From an uncultured Thermus sp. (GTDB lineage Bacteria > Deinococcota > Deinococci > Deinococcales > Thermaceae), in assembly GCA_947085095.1 (NCBI GenBank), contig CAMTVD010000001.1, positions 1 through 64,000 on the forward strand: a stretch of 64,000 nucleotides of DNA, given 5' to 3'. The translations under genes and the position numbers were made by a program. Positions 54,561 through 63,984 of this stretch are shown here, piece after piece (the first letter of the stretch is position 1; each line of letters starts with the position of its first letter). Under the pieces are notes generated by a model, which saw only the letters and a list, made by a program, of their open reading frames with translations, was not told where the DNA came from and made no database searches.

Positions 54561-56729
54561 ATGCCGCAAGCTCCACCCTCGGACCTCGCCTTCCTCTCGG
54601 ACCTTTTGCGCCGCTACCCGGTGCGGCTCGTCTACCGGGGGGAGGTTTTGCCCGAGGGGCCCGTGCGGGGGGAGAAGCTTCTGGAGGAGGGGGAGGTGGT
54701 CCTTTACTGGGAGGGCCCCAAGCCCCCAAGCCGGGAGGTGCGGGAGGCTTTGGCCCTCCTCCTCGGCGCTTTCCGGGAGGTCCTAGCCCTGAGGGAGCGG
54801 GAGCTGGCCCTCCTTCAAGCCCAGGACGAGACGGCCAGGCTGCTTCGCCTCCTCCTGCACGAGATCAAGAACCCTCTCATGAGCGTGCTGGGGGCTCTGG
54901 AGCTGGCCTTGGAGACGGAGGGGCTTCCCGAGGAGGCCAAGGAGCTTCTTGCCATCGCCGAGAAAAGCGCTGGGCGCATTCAGGAGCTTCTGCAAAAGGC
55001 CCAGGACTACCTGAAGCTGGGCCAGGGGGTCCGCCTCAAGGTGGAGCGGGTGGACCTGAAAGCGCTCCTCCAGCAGGCGGCGGAGGAGGTGCGCCCCCTG
55101 GCCCGCAGGAAGAGGATCGCCCTCCGCCTCACCCTGCCCCGGGGGGAGGCCTGGACCTACGGGGATCGGGACTGGCTTTACCAGGCGGTCTTGAACGTCC
55201 TCGCCAACGCCGTCAAGTACACGCCGGAAGGGGGCCGGGTGGGGGTGCGCCTCCTTCTGGGCCGGGAGCGCTACGGCATCGTCGTGGCTGACACCGGGCC
55301 CGGCATCCCCAAGGAGGAACAGGAAAAGGTCTTTGAACCCTTCTACCGGGCCTCCACCCGGGGGGAGGTGGAGGGGACGGGGCTGGGGCTCGCCCTGGTG
55401 AAGCGGGTCCTCGAGGCCCACGGGGGCGGGGTGCGCCTAAAAAGCCGCCTGGGCCGGGGGAGCACCTTCCTCCTCCTCCTACCCCGGCCCAGGCCCGGCC
55501 AGAGGGCCCCGGTGGGGCGGCTTCTTCTGCTCCTCCTGGTGCTCGTTGCCCTGACCCGGCTTCCCCTCTACCCGGCCCCCCTGGGCTCCAAAGCCTTCGG
55601 GGAGGTGCCCGCAGGGGAGGTGGTGCGGCTTGGCGGCTTGGAGCTGGCCTTCAGCCCCGAGGCTGAGGGGGAGGCCAAGCGGTGGCGGAGCCTCTGGGGC
55701 GGTGGGGAGCGGGTACGGGTGGCCCTGGAGGCGGGCGGGGTGGAGGTGGTGCGCGAGGCGGCCATCCCCCTCGCCCTCTCCACCCCGGAAGGGGAGGTGC
55801 GGCCCACGGGAACCCACCTGCGCCTCTCTAGGGAGGGGCAGGGGCGGCTTTCCCTCTACCGGGGCCAGGTGGCCTTGGGGGCGGAAAGGCTTCCCGCTGG
55901 GGAAGGGGCGGTCCTGGGCACCGGGGAAAGGCGAAAGCTCCTCCCCGCTCCCCTGGTGCGGCCTGTTCCCGGACCCGAAGGAGAGGTGGTCTTCCGCCTC
56001 CTGGGCCCCCAAGGTACCCGGGGCTTCCGGGTGGAGGTGCGGAGCGGCGGGGCCGTGGTTCTCTCTGATAGGGTGGCGGGCCCCACCTTCACCTATACCC
56101 CCCAGGCGGACCGGGTGAGCCAGGTGCGGGCCTTCGCCCTGGACGAGGTGGGCCTCGAGGGCTTCCCCTCGGACCCCCTGGCCTTCCGGGAGCGGAGGAG
56201 CTTTTACGAGGGGAGAAGGCGCGTTCTCCAGGACCCTGCCGGGGCTGAGGCTTACCTCAGGCGGGCGGTTCTTGTCTTCCCCGACGACGTCGAGGCGATT
56301 GGGGAGCTCGCCTTCGCCCTCTACCTCCAGGGCCGCCACACCGAGGCCAAGCCCCTTTACGAGAGGGCCCTAGCCCTTCTGGACAGCCCCGATATCCGGG
56401 TGCGCTACGGCCGCCTCCTCCACCACATGGGGCGGTATGGGGAGGCGGAGGAGAGCTACCGCCAGGTCCTCTCCCAGGACCCCGGGAACCTGGACGCCCG
56501 CTGGGGCTTGGCCGAGGTGCTCCTGGCCCTGGGCCGGACCAAGGAGGCGGAGCTCCTCGCCCGCCAGGTTCTCTCGGTGAAGCCCGATTACCCCCTGGCC
56601 CGCTTCACCCTGGCCAGGGCCCTCCTGGAGCGAGGGAGGCGGGAGGAGGCCCTGAGGCTCCTCCAGGAGGAGCTTAGGGCCAACCCCGACCCTGAGGTTC
56701 GGCGCTACCTGAGGGAGCTGGGAGAGTGA
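54561..56729 (+). CDS. Histidine kinase (HisKA+HATPase) fused to a TM segment, a FecR-like beta region and TPR repeats
   Basis: HEIKNPL, NAVKY, DTGPGI, GTGLGL in the first ~310 aa; hydrophobic LLLLLLVLVAL; C-terminal TPRs. Confidence 0.85.
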   Translation: MPQAPPSDLAFLSDLLRRYPVRLVYRGEVLPEGPVRGEKLLEEGEVVLYWEGPKPPSREVREALALLLGAFREVLALRERELALLQAQDETARLLRLLLHEIKNPLMSVLGALELALETEGLPEEAKELLAIAEKSAGRIQELLQKAQDYLKLGQGVRLKVERVDLKALLQQAAEEVRPLARRKRIALRLTLPRGEAWTYGDRDWLYQAVLNVLANAVKYTPEGGRVGVRLLLGRERYGIVVADTGPGIPKEEQEKVFEPFYRASTRGEVEGTGLGLALVKRVLEAHGGGVRLKSRLGRGSTFLLLLPRPRPGQRAPVGRLLLLLLVLVALTRLPLYPAPLGSKAFGEVPAGEVVRLGGLELAFSPEAEGEAKRWRSLWGGGERVRVALEAGGVEVVREAAIPLALSTPEGEVRPTGTHLRLSREGQGRLSLYRGQVALGAERLPAGEGAVLGTGERRKLLPAPLVRPVPGPEGEVVFRLLGPQGTRGFRVEVRSGGAVVLSDRVAGPTFTYTPQADRVSQVRAFALDEVGLEGFPSDPLAFRERRSFYEGRRRVLQDPAGAEAYLRRAVLVFPDDVEAIGELAFALYLQGRHTEAKPLYERALALLDSPDIRVRYGRLLHHMGRYGEAEESYRQVLSQDPGNLDARWGLAEVLLALGRTKEAELLARQVLSVKPDYPLARFTLARALLERGRREEALRLLQEELRANPDPEVRRYLRELGE

Positions 56730-56782
56730 ACCTTTCACATGGTTTTGGCAGCCCTGCTTTACGTTGTTTTTCAGGAGGAGGC

Positions 56783-57142
56783 ATGAAGGTCCTTTTGGTG
56801 GAGGACGACCCTGTGGTGGCCCGGGTCCTGGAGATGGCCCTCTCCCGGGCGGGCCACCAGGTCTACCTGGTCAAGGACTTCCCCACGGCCAAGGAGAGGT
56901 TCGCCGAAGCCTGGGACGCCATCGTCCTGGACCTGAACCTGCCCGGGGGGTTTGGCCTGGACCTCCTCCGGCATTTGCGCCAAGAGCTGGGCAAGGATAC
57001 CCCGGTGATCGTCCTCTCCGGCCTGAAGCAGGAGAAGACCATCCTGGAGGCCATGCGCCTGGGGGCCCAGGGTTACCTGAGCAAGCCCTTTAGTCCCCAG
57101 GAGCTGGTCCTCCGTCTGGAGCGGTATGTGGCGGCGCGGTGA
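56783..57142 (+). CDS. Single-domain response regulator (receiver only)
   Basis: LLVEDD, VLDLNLPG, SKPF; strong RBS AGGAGG. Confidence 0.92.
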   Translation: MKVLLVEDDPVVARVLEMALSRAGHQVYLVKDFPTAKERFAEAWDAIVLDLNLPGGFGLDLLRHLRQELGKDTPVIVLSGLKQEKTILEAMRLGAQGYLSKPFSPQELVLRLERYVAAR

Positions 57143-58274
57143 ACGCCTTTACGCCCTCCTCGTCTTTCTGGTGGTGGCCCTCGAGGCCCTGGCCTTGGGA
57201 GGGCTGGTCCTGGTCTTCTCCGGACGCCTCTTTGGGCTCCTGGACTACTCCGCGACCCGGCAGACTCTCCTCCAGGCCCTCTTCCTCACCGCCCTGATCC
57301 TGGTGCTCCTTTCCGCCTACATCCTCCTCTACCACGCCTATACCGAGGCCAAGGAGCTTCGGGACCGCAAGGCCTACGAGGACTGGGTTTCCCGCTTCGC
57401 CCGGGCCCTCTTTGGGGAGGGGGCGCTTCCCCCCCCTCCCTGGCCGGAGCCGGCTTTGCAGGCCCTCTTGCACCTTCGGGAAACCCTCAAGGGGGAGATG
57501 GGGGAGAAGGTGGCGGAGTGGATCCGCTTGGCCCGCCCCCCCTGGGTCTTCTGGCTGAAACGCTCTTGGACCTCCCGCCCCGAGCGCCTCGAGGCCCTGG
57601 AGGCCCTGGGCCTGGCCCGGCTTCCGGAAACCCTGGAGTCCATCCTGCCCTACCTGGTCCATCCGGACCCGGTCCTCCGCCTGGCCGCCGCCCGGGCGGC
57701 GGCCCGCGCAGCCCAGGGGGAGGGGGTTTTGCGGCTAGGGGAGGCTCTTCTGGCCTCGGGGCTATCCAAGGGGGGGCTTTTGGAGGCGTTGCTCCTTTTG
57801 GAGGACCGGGCGGAGCCCGCAGTGGCCCTCTTGCTGGATAAGGGGGGTAAGGAGGAGGTCTGGGCCGCCCTGGAGGCCATCGGTCGCCTCCACCTCCACT
57901 CCCTAGCGGAAAAGGTCCTCCCCTTTCTAGAGGTCCAAGAGCCCGAAATCCAGGCGGCGGCCCTCCGGGCTTTGGCCCGGCTGGGCTACCCCCCTTTGGG
58001 CTACGAGGGGGTGGTCCTGGGGCTTTTGCGTTCGGGGGAGGAGTTCCTCAGGGTCCAGGCGGCCCGCCTCCTTCCCCTCCTCCCTCCCCACCTGGCCCGG
58101 AAGGCCTTGTGGAGGGCCCTCGAGGACCCCTCCTTCTACGTGCGCCGGGCGGCGGCGGAGGCCTTGGGCTCGCTGGACCCCGGGGGCCTAAGGGAAGCGG
58201 CCGAAACCCATCCCGATCCTTATGGCCGGGCCATGGCCGCGCAGGTGCTCAGGGAGGTGGCGTGGAGAAACTAG
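57126..58274 (+). CDS. Membrane-anchored HEAT-repeat protein
   Basis: Two N-terminal TM segments, then HEAT-like repeats (DPVLRLAAARA, DPSFYVRRAAAEALG). Confidence 0.82.
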   Translation: MWRRGERLYALLVFLVVALEALALGGLVLVFSGRLFGLLDYSATRQTLLQALFLTALILVLLSAYILLYHAYTEAKELRDRKAYEDWVSRFARALFGEGALPPPPWPEPALQALLHLRETLKGEMGEKVAEWIRLARPPWVFWLKRSWTSRPERLEALEALGLARLPETLESILPYLVHPDPVLRLAAARAAARAAQGEGVLRLGEALLASGLSKGGLLEALLLLEDRAEPAVALLLDKGGKEEVWAALEAIGRLHLHSLAEKVLPFLEVQEPEIQAAALRALARLGYPPLGYEGVVLGLLRSGEEFLRVQAARLLPLLPPHLARKALWRALEDPSFYVRRAAAEALGSLDPGGLREAAETHPDPYGRAMAAQVLREVAWRN

Positions 58275-59665
58275 CCTGGATTATTTATGGATATCAGGTC
58301 TTCGTGCTCTACTACTTCGCCTTTTTGAACCTGCTCTACGCTGTTTTTGCCATCTTCGGCCTCCGCATGGTGGCCCGCTATGCCCGGGAGCTTTCCGAGC
58401 TCTCTCTAAAAGACCTTTTGGAGCGGGAGGCCTATCTGCCCGTCTCCATCCTGGTTCCCACTTACAACGAGGAGAAGTCCATCACGGCTTCCGTGCGCTC
58501 CTTTTTGGCCCTGCGCTACCCGGAGTTTGAGGTGATCGTGGTGGCGGATGGGCCTAGGGATCGCACCTTGGAGGTGCTGAAGGAGGCCTTCCAACTGGTC
58601 AAGGTGGACTGGGTTTTCCGCAAGAGCCTGCCCACAAAGCCCATCCGGGGCGTTTACCGCTCCCTCAGCCACCCCAACCTCTTGGTGGTGGACAAGGAAA
58701 ATGGCGGTAAGGCGGATGCCCTAAACGCTGGGCTCAACTTCGCCCGTTACCCCCTCTTCTGCGCGGTGGATGCGGATAGCCTCCTGGACCCCGAGGCCCT
58801 CCTTAGGGCCAGCCGCCTCTTCCTGGAGGACGAGCGGGTTCTGGCCGTGGGGGGCACCATTCGTCCCCTGAACGGGGCCCAGGTGCGGGAAGGGATTGTG
58901 GAGGCGCTCCACCTTCCCCGGGGTTTCCTGGAGAAGATGCAAATCATTGAGTACGCCCGGGCCTTCTTCATGGGCCGGGCCGGGTGGAGCGCCATGGATG
59001 CTTTACTCATCATCTCGGGGGCTTTTGGCCTCTTCCGGCGGACCGAGGCCTTGAGGGTGGGGGGGTACCGCACGGACACCGTGGGGGAGGACATGGAGCT
59101 GGTGGTGCGCCTTCACCGGAGGGCGCGGGAGGAGGGGCGGGACTACCGCATCCTCTACACCCCCGATCCCATCTGCTACACGGAGGTGCCCTCCGACTGG
59201 AACACGCTGAGGCGGCAGCGGAACCGCTGGCACCGGGGGCTTTGGGAGGTTCTTTGGCTCCACCGGGCCATGCTCTTCAACCCTCGGTACGGCCGCCTGG
59301 GCTTCGTGGCCATGCCCTACTTCCTCCTCTTTGAAGCCTTGGGGCCGGCGGTGGAGGTCTTGGGGTACGCCCTTCTTCCCGTCTTTTACCTCCTGGGGGT
59401 GTTCAACCCGGAGTTCGCCTTTCTTTTCCTTCTCTTGGCCTTGGGCTATGGGGTCCTGCTCTCCCAGCTTTCCATTGGGATGGAAACCCTGCTCCTCAAG
59501 CGCTACCCCAGGCTTGGCGACCGGCTAGTCCTCCTCTTTCTAAGCCTGCTGGAGGTCTTGGGCTACCGCCAGCTCCTGGCCCTGGAGCGCTTTCTGGCCA
59601 CCTTCCAGGTTCTGCGCAAGCAGGGCCAGTGGGGGGAGATGCGCCGCAAGGGGTTAGAGGGTTAG
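58262..59665 (+). CDS. Processive family-2 glycosyltransferase (PgaC/IcaA/cellulose synthase-like)
   Basis: PTYNE, GGKADALN, VDADS, GED, QRNRW motifs plus N- and C-terminal TM segments. Confidence 0.9.
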   Translation: MEKLAWIIYGYQVFVLYYFAFLNLLYAVFAIFGLRMVARYARELSELSLKDLLEREAYLPVSILVPTYNEEKSITASVRSFLALRYPEFEVIVVADGPRDRTLEVLKEAFQLVKVDWVFRKSLPTKPIRGVYRSLSHPNLLVVDKENGGKADALNAGLNFARYPLFCAVDADSLLDPEALLRASRLFLEDERVLAVGGTIRPLNGAQVREGIVEALHLPRGFLEKMQIIEYARAFFMGRAGWSAMDALLIISGAFGLFRRTEALRVGGYRTDTVGEDMELVVRLHRRAREEGRDYRILYTPDPICYTEVPSDWNTLRRQRNRWHRGLWEVLWLHRAMLFNPRYGRLGFVAMPYFLLFEALGPAVEVLGYALLPVFYLLGVFNPEFAFLFLLLALGYGVLLSQLSIGMETLLLKRYPRLGDRLVLLFLSLLEVLGYRQLLALERFLATFQVLRKQGQWGEMRRKGLEG

Positions 59666-60832
59666 GCGGCGGAGGCGCAAGACCACCAGGACCCTGAGGA
59701 GCATGGAGACCAGGATGGGGAGGTGGTAGGGGCTTGGCCCCACCTCGAGGCGGGCCACCAGGCCGGCCACCAGGCTTCCCGCAAGCCCCCCTAGCCCCAG
59801 GGCCAGCCAGAAAAGGGCCAGGTAGCCCCCACGGGTTTCCTTGGGGGCCTGGGCCAGGGCGGCGTTCACCGAAGCGGTGCCCAGGCCGCTCCAGGCCAGG
59901 GCGTCCGCCACGGCTGCGAGCCAAATGGGCCAGGGGAAACCCCGCGAACCCAGAAGCCAAAGAAGGGGCATCAGGGCCGCCACCCATCCAGCCCGGAAGA
60001 GGACCGTCCCGTGCCCTTCCCTATCGGCTAACCTACCCCACATGGGGCCAAAGAGGAGGCCCGAAACAGCCGAAAGGACCGTCCAGAGGCCCACCTCAGT
60101 CATGGAAAGCCCCCCAACCTGGATGAAGTAGGGGATCACGTAAGGCCCGCCCACCATCACCGCCAGATACCAGCTGAAGATCAAGGCCAGGTAGCGCAGG
60201 TAAGCCCGGTCCCGCGAAGCGGCGCCCAGGGCCTTGCGGGGCGGGGGGGTGGAAGGGGAGGGAGGTTCTGTCTGAAGCCTGAGCAGGAGCACGGAGAGGA
60301 GGCCTAGGGTCACCCCCAGGAGAAGGACAGCTTGGTAGCCAGAAGGAGGGGGTAGATGGTCGGCCACCGCCCCGCCCAGGAGGTTGCCCAGGGTGCCCAC
60401 CAGGCCCAAGAGGGCGTTGCGCAGGCCAAAGTAGCGCCCCCGTATGGCCTCTGGTACCAGGTCGGCCATCCAGGAGAGCCAGATCACCCCCACGGGGGCG
60501 GCCAGGAGCTGGGAGAGGGCGGCAAAAAGGAGGAGGGTGGGCACCTGGTACCCCTGTGGGAGAAAGGGAACCAGAACTGCGGGCAGGAAGAGGAGGCGGG
60601 CCAGGAGGTTGAGGCGCACCGCCAGGGTTTTGCGGCTTCCCTGGAGGAAGAGGGCCAGAGGGGCGAGGAGCTGGGCCAGGAAGGGAAGCCCCCCTAGGAG
60701 GGCCAGGGCCCCGGGGGAGGCCCCCAGGGCCAGGGCGTAGCCCGTGAGGATGACCCCCGTGCTCCAGTTGATGAAGAGAATGGAGAGGGTTCCTTCCCAG
60801 ATGGAAAGCCTTAGGGAGCGCTCCGGTTCCAC
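59654..60832 (-). CDS. MFS transporter
   Basis: Multi-TM; WMADLVPEAIRGRYFG, WGRLADREG. Confidence 0.82.
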   Translation of the reverse strand: MEPERSLRLSIWEGTLSILFINWSTGVILTGYALALGASPGALALLGGLPFLAQLLAPLALFLQGSRKTLAVRLNLLARLLFLPAVLVPFLPQGYQVPTLLLFAALSQLLAAPVGVIWLSWMADLVPEAIRGRYFGLRNALLGLVGTLGNLLGGAVADHLPPPSGYQAVLLLGVTLGLLSVLLLRLQTEPPSPSTPPPRKALGAASRDRAYLRYLALIFSWYLAVMVGGPYVIPYFIQVGGLSMTEVGLWTVLSAVSGLLFGPMWGRLADREGHGTVLFRAGWVAALMPLLWLLGSRGFPWPIWLAAVADALAWSGLGTASVNAALAQAPKETRGGYLALFWLALGLGGLAGSLVAGLVARLEVGPSPYHLPILVSMLLRVLVVLRLRRLTL

Positions 60833-60869
60833 CCCTTGATTATCCTTGAACCGGGTAAAATCCTAGGCC

Positions 60870-61721
60870 ATGGAGACCGCCATCACCAAGATGCTGGGCA
60901 TCCGCTACCCCATCGTGGCCGCCCCCATGTTCCTGGTTTCCGGGGCTAGGCTTCTCCTCGCGGTGGCCGAGGCCGGAGGGATTGGGGTCATCCCGAGCCT
61001 CAACTTCCGCACCCACCAGGCCTTCCGGGAGTTTCTGGAGACCTTCCCCCAGGGGGTGCCCTTCGGGGTCAACCTGATCCTGAAGGATAACCCCCGCCTC
61101 GAGGAGGACCTCCTGGCCGTGGTGGAGCGCCGGGTTCCTCTGGTGGTTACCTCCCTGGGGGACCCCAGCCAGGTGGTGGAGAGGGTGAAGGCCTACGGGG
61201 GCGTGGTGTGGTGCGACGTGGTGGGCCTCAGGCACGGGAGGAAGGCGGTGGAGGCCGGGGCCGACGCCCTGGTGGCCGTGGCCTCGGGGGCCGGGGGGCA
61301 TGCGGGGCAGGTGAGCCCCTTCGTCCTGGGGCCCTGGCTCAGGGCGGAGCTGGGGGTGCCCGTCCTCATCGCCGGGGGGATCGCCACGGGGAGGCAGCTT
61401 CTGGCCGCTTTGGCCCTGGGGGATGGGGCCTACATCGGCACCCGTTTCATCGCCACCCTGGAAGCCGAGGCCCCTCTGGAGTACAAGGAGGCCCTCCTCC
61501 GGGCCACCCCTGAGGACATCCTCTACACGCCCGAGGTGACCGGGGTGCCCGCCAACTTCCTCCGGGATTCCCTGGAACGCTTCCGCCAGGGTGGCAAGGC
61601 CTGGAAGGAGGTCTACTCCGCCGGGCACGGGGTGGCCTTCATCCGGGAGATCCCTTCCGCTAAGGAGGTGGTGGCCCGGTTGGTGGCGGAGTACCAGGAA
61701 GCCAAGGAGGCTTTGCCCTAG
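60870..61721 (+). CDS. Nitronate monooxygenase / FabK-like flavin oxidoreductase
   Basis: PIVAAPM, GAGGHAG, IAGGIATG, YIGTRF. Confidence 0.88.
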   Translation: METAITKMLGIRYPIVAAPMFLVSGARLLLAVAEAGGIGVIPSLNFRTHQAFREFLETFPQGVPFGVNLILKDNPRLEEDLLAVVERRVPLVVTSLGDPSQVVERVKAYGGVVWCDVVGLRHGRKAVEAGADALVAVASGAGGHAGQVSPFVLGPWLRAELGVPVLIAGGIATGRQLLAALALGDGAYIGTRFIATLEAEAPLEYKEALLRATPEDILYTPEVTGVPANFLRDSLERFRQGGKAWKEVYSAGHGVAFIREIPSAKEVVARLVAEYQEAKEALP

Positions 61722-61738
61722 GGGTGGGGTCTGGCCCC

Positions 61739-63454
61739 ATGGGAGCACTTTGGATTTTCCTTTCGTTCCTTGGCCTTGGCTTCGGCCTAGCCCAGTACGA
61801 TCTCCTGGTCTACGGGGCCACGCCCCAAGGGGTGACGGCGGCGGTGGCGGGGGCCCAGGAGGGGCTTAGGGTCCTCCTCCTGGAGCCCGGGCGGGGGGTG
61901 GGTGGGGTCCTCACCCAGGGGTGGTTGGCCACCTTGGACCTGGCCAAGGACCGGGAGGGCCTCCTGCAGGGCGGCCTTTTCCGGGACTTCTACCGCCGCA
62001 TCGGCCAGGATCCCTCCTTTGACGTGGGGCAGGCGGAAGGGGCCCTTTGGGCCATGCTGAAGGAGGCGGGGGTGGAGGTGCGCCTCGAGGAGCCCCTGGA
62101 CCGCCTGGAGCGGGAGGGCCCTAGACTCCTTTCCCTCACCACCCCCAGGGGCACCTACCAGGCCCCTTACTTCGTGGACGCCACGGACACCGCAGACCTG
62201 GCCTTTTACGCCGGGGCTTCCTTCACCTTGGGCCGGGAGGACACGGGCTTGGACAAGCGGAGCATGGCTGCCACCCTCGTCTTCCGCTTGGAAGGCGTTC
62301 CTTGGGGGGTGGCCTTTCTGGCCTTGAACTACGAGGGCCAGGTGCGGCGCACGGGGGCCGGGGCCTGGGGGCGAAGCGGCTGGGGCTTTGGGGATTTGGT
62401 GCGGGGGTATGTCCCTTCCAACCCCAACCGCTACACCCTCCGCGGCCTCAACCTGGCCCGCCAGGACGATGGGAGCCTCCTGGTGAACGCCCTCCTCCTC
62501 TTTGGGGTGGAGGGGACCGACCCCGTGGCCCAGGAGCGGGCCCGGGCCGAGGCGGCCTCGGAAGCCGAGCGGGTGGTGGCCTACCTGCGGGAGCGGGACC
62601 CCCTGATCTTCGGTACCGCCCGGCTTTCTGGGGTAGCCCCAAGCCTCTACATCCGGGAAAGCCGCCACCTTAGGGCCCTTTACCGCCTGCGGGCGGAGGA
62701 GGTGCTTTTGGGCAGGGATTTCCCTGACGCCGTGGCCCTGGGGGGGTACCCCCTGGACGGCCAGGCCTACTTTCCCGGGGAAACCCCCTACCTCCTGGGC
62801 ACCCCGGCCCCCTATGGCGTTCCCTTCCGGGCCTTGGTGCCCCGGGAGCTTAGCAATCTCTTGGTGGTTTCCCAGGCCGCGGGGTACGATAGCGCCGCCG
62901 CCTTCTCCGCCCGGGTGGTGCCCTTACAGATGGCCCTGGGGGAGGCGGCGGGGGTGGCGGCGGCCCTTCTGCGCAAGGCGCCCCAGGCGGGACTGGAGAA
63001 AGCTCCTCTGGGGGACTTCCATGGTCTCGCCCGCAGCCCTTCGGGGATAGAGGCCCTGCGCAAACGCCTCCTGGAGCGGGGGAACCGGCTTGCCTCACCG
63101 GAGAAGGGGCTTTGGGAAACGGAGAAGCGGGGCTACCGGGAGGCGGTGAGCCTTCTGCGGAGGAGCCTCTTTGCCGGACCCTACTACCTAAAGGGGCAGT
63201 TGGGCCTTTCCGAGCCCATCCTCCTGGGGGATTTCTTGGCCAACCTGGAACACTACTACCGGGCGAGGGCCCTCGAGGTTCCCCTGCGGGTGGTCCTCAA
63301 GGCCCGGGAGTTGTACCGGGAGGACCTGCAGAGGCCCCTCCGGCGTTCCACCCTAAACCAGATCCTCCTGGCCCTGGGGGAGAAGGGGACCGTGGGTCCT
63401 GAGGTGGTGACCCGGGGGGAAGCGGCGGAGCTCCTCTTTCCCCTTCTGCCATAA
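61739..63454 (+). CDS. Secreted FAD-dependent oxidoreductase
   Basis: Signal-like N-terminus, YDLLVYGATPQG dinucleotide fold, FVDAT, YIRESR, YGVPFRALVP. Confidence 0.8.
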   Translation: MGALWIFLSFLGLGFGLAQYDLLVYGATPQGVTAAVAGAQEGLRVLLLEPGRGVGGVLTQGWLATLDLAKDREGLLQGGLFRDFYRRIGQDPSFDVGQAEGALWAMLKEAGVEVRLEEPLDRLEREGPRLLSLTTPRGTYQAPYFVDATDTADLAFYAGASFTLGREDTGLDKRSMAATLVFRLEGVPWGVAFLALNYEGQVRRTGAGAWGRSGWGFGDLVRGYVPSNPNRYTLRGLNLARQDDGSLLVNALLLFGVEGTDPVAQERARAEAASEAERVVAYLRERDPLIFGTARLSGVAPSLYIRESRHLRALYRLRAEEVLLGRDFPDAVALGGYPLDGQAYFPGETPYLLGTPAPYGVPFRALVPRELSNLLVVSQAAGYDSAAAFSARVVPLQMALGEAAGVAAALLRKAPQAGLEKAPLGDFHGLARSPSGIEALRKRLLERGNRLASPEKGLWETEKRGYREAVSLLRRSLFAGPYYLKGQLGLSEPILLGDFLANLEHYYRARALEVPLRVVLKARELYREDLQRPLRRSTLNQILLALGEKGTVGPEVVTRGEAAELLFPLLP

Positions 63455-63464
63455 TGGGCCCAGG

Positions 63465-63959
63465 GTGCTGGCGGTCCTCCTCCTTCCCGAGTTTTCCGAG
63501 CTGGAGGCAGCCTTGGCCCTAGAGGCGGCCAGGCGGCTAGGGCTTCCCGCCTACACCGTGGCCAAGGGGCGGAAGGGGACCCCCGCCCTGGCAGGCTCCG
63601 TCTGGACCCCCACCTACGCCTTCCCCGCCGCTCCGCCCCCAAGGGCCCTCCTGGTCCCGGGAGCCAAAAGGCCCGAGCGCCTGGCCCAGGACCCCACCTG
63701 GCTGGGCTTTCTAGAGGAGATCTGGGAGGGCCTGGAGGCTGTCTTCTTGGGCCACAACGCTCACCTTTTCCTGGCGGAGGCGGGGAGGCTACCTCCCCGG
63801 GTGGCGGCGGGGGAGGAGGTAGCGGGGCTTCTCCAGGGAATGGGGTACCAGGTGGTGCCTTGGCCCTTTTCCCGGGAGGGCAAGGTCTATGCCACGAGGG
63901 GGGGGCTTGCCCTCCTTGCCGCCCTCTCGGACTGGGTAGGGAAAGCGATTGAGCTTTGA
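63465..63959 (+). CDS. DJ-1/PfpI-like protein
   Basis: PEFSELE, LLVPG; class I glutamine amidotransferase-like fold, no obvious catalytic Cys. Confidence 0.6.
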   Translation: MLAVLLLPEFSELEAALALEAARRLGLPAYTVAKGRKGTPALAGSVWTPTYAFPAAPPPRALLVPGAKRPERLAQDPTWLGFLEEIWEGLEAVFLGHNAHLFLAEAGRLPPRVAAGEEVAGLLQGMGYQVVPWPFSREGKVYATRGGLALLAALSDWVGKAIEL

Positions 63960-63984
63960 GTTTGGACTAGAGTACACTAGGCCC

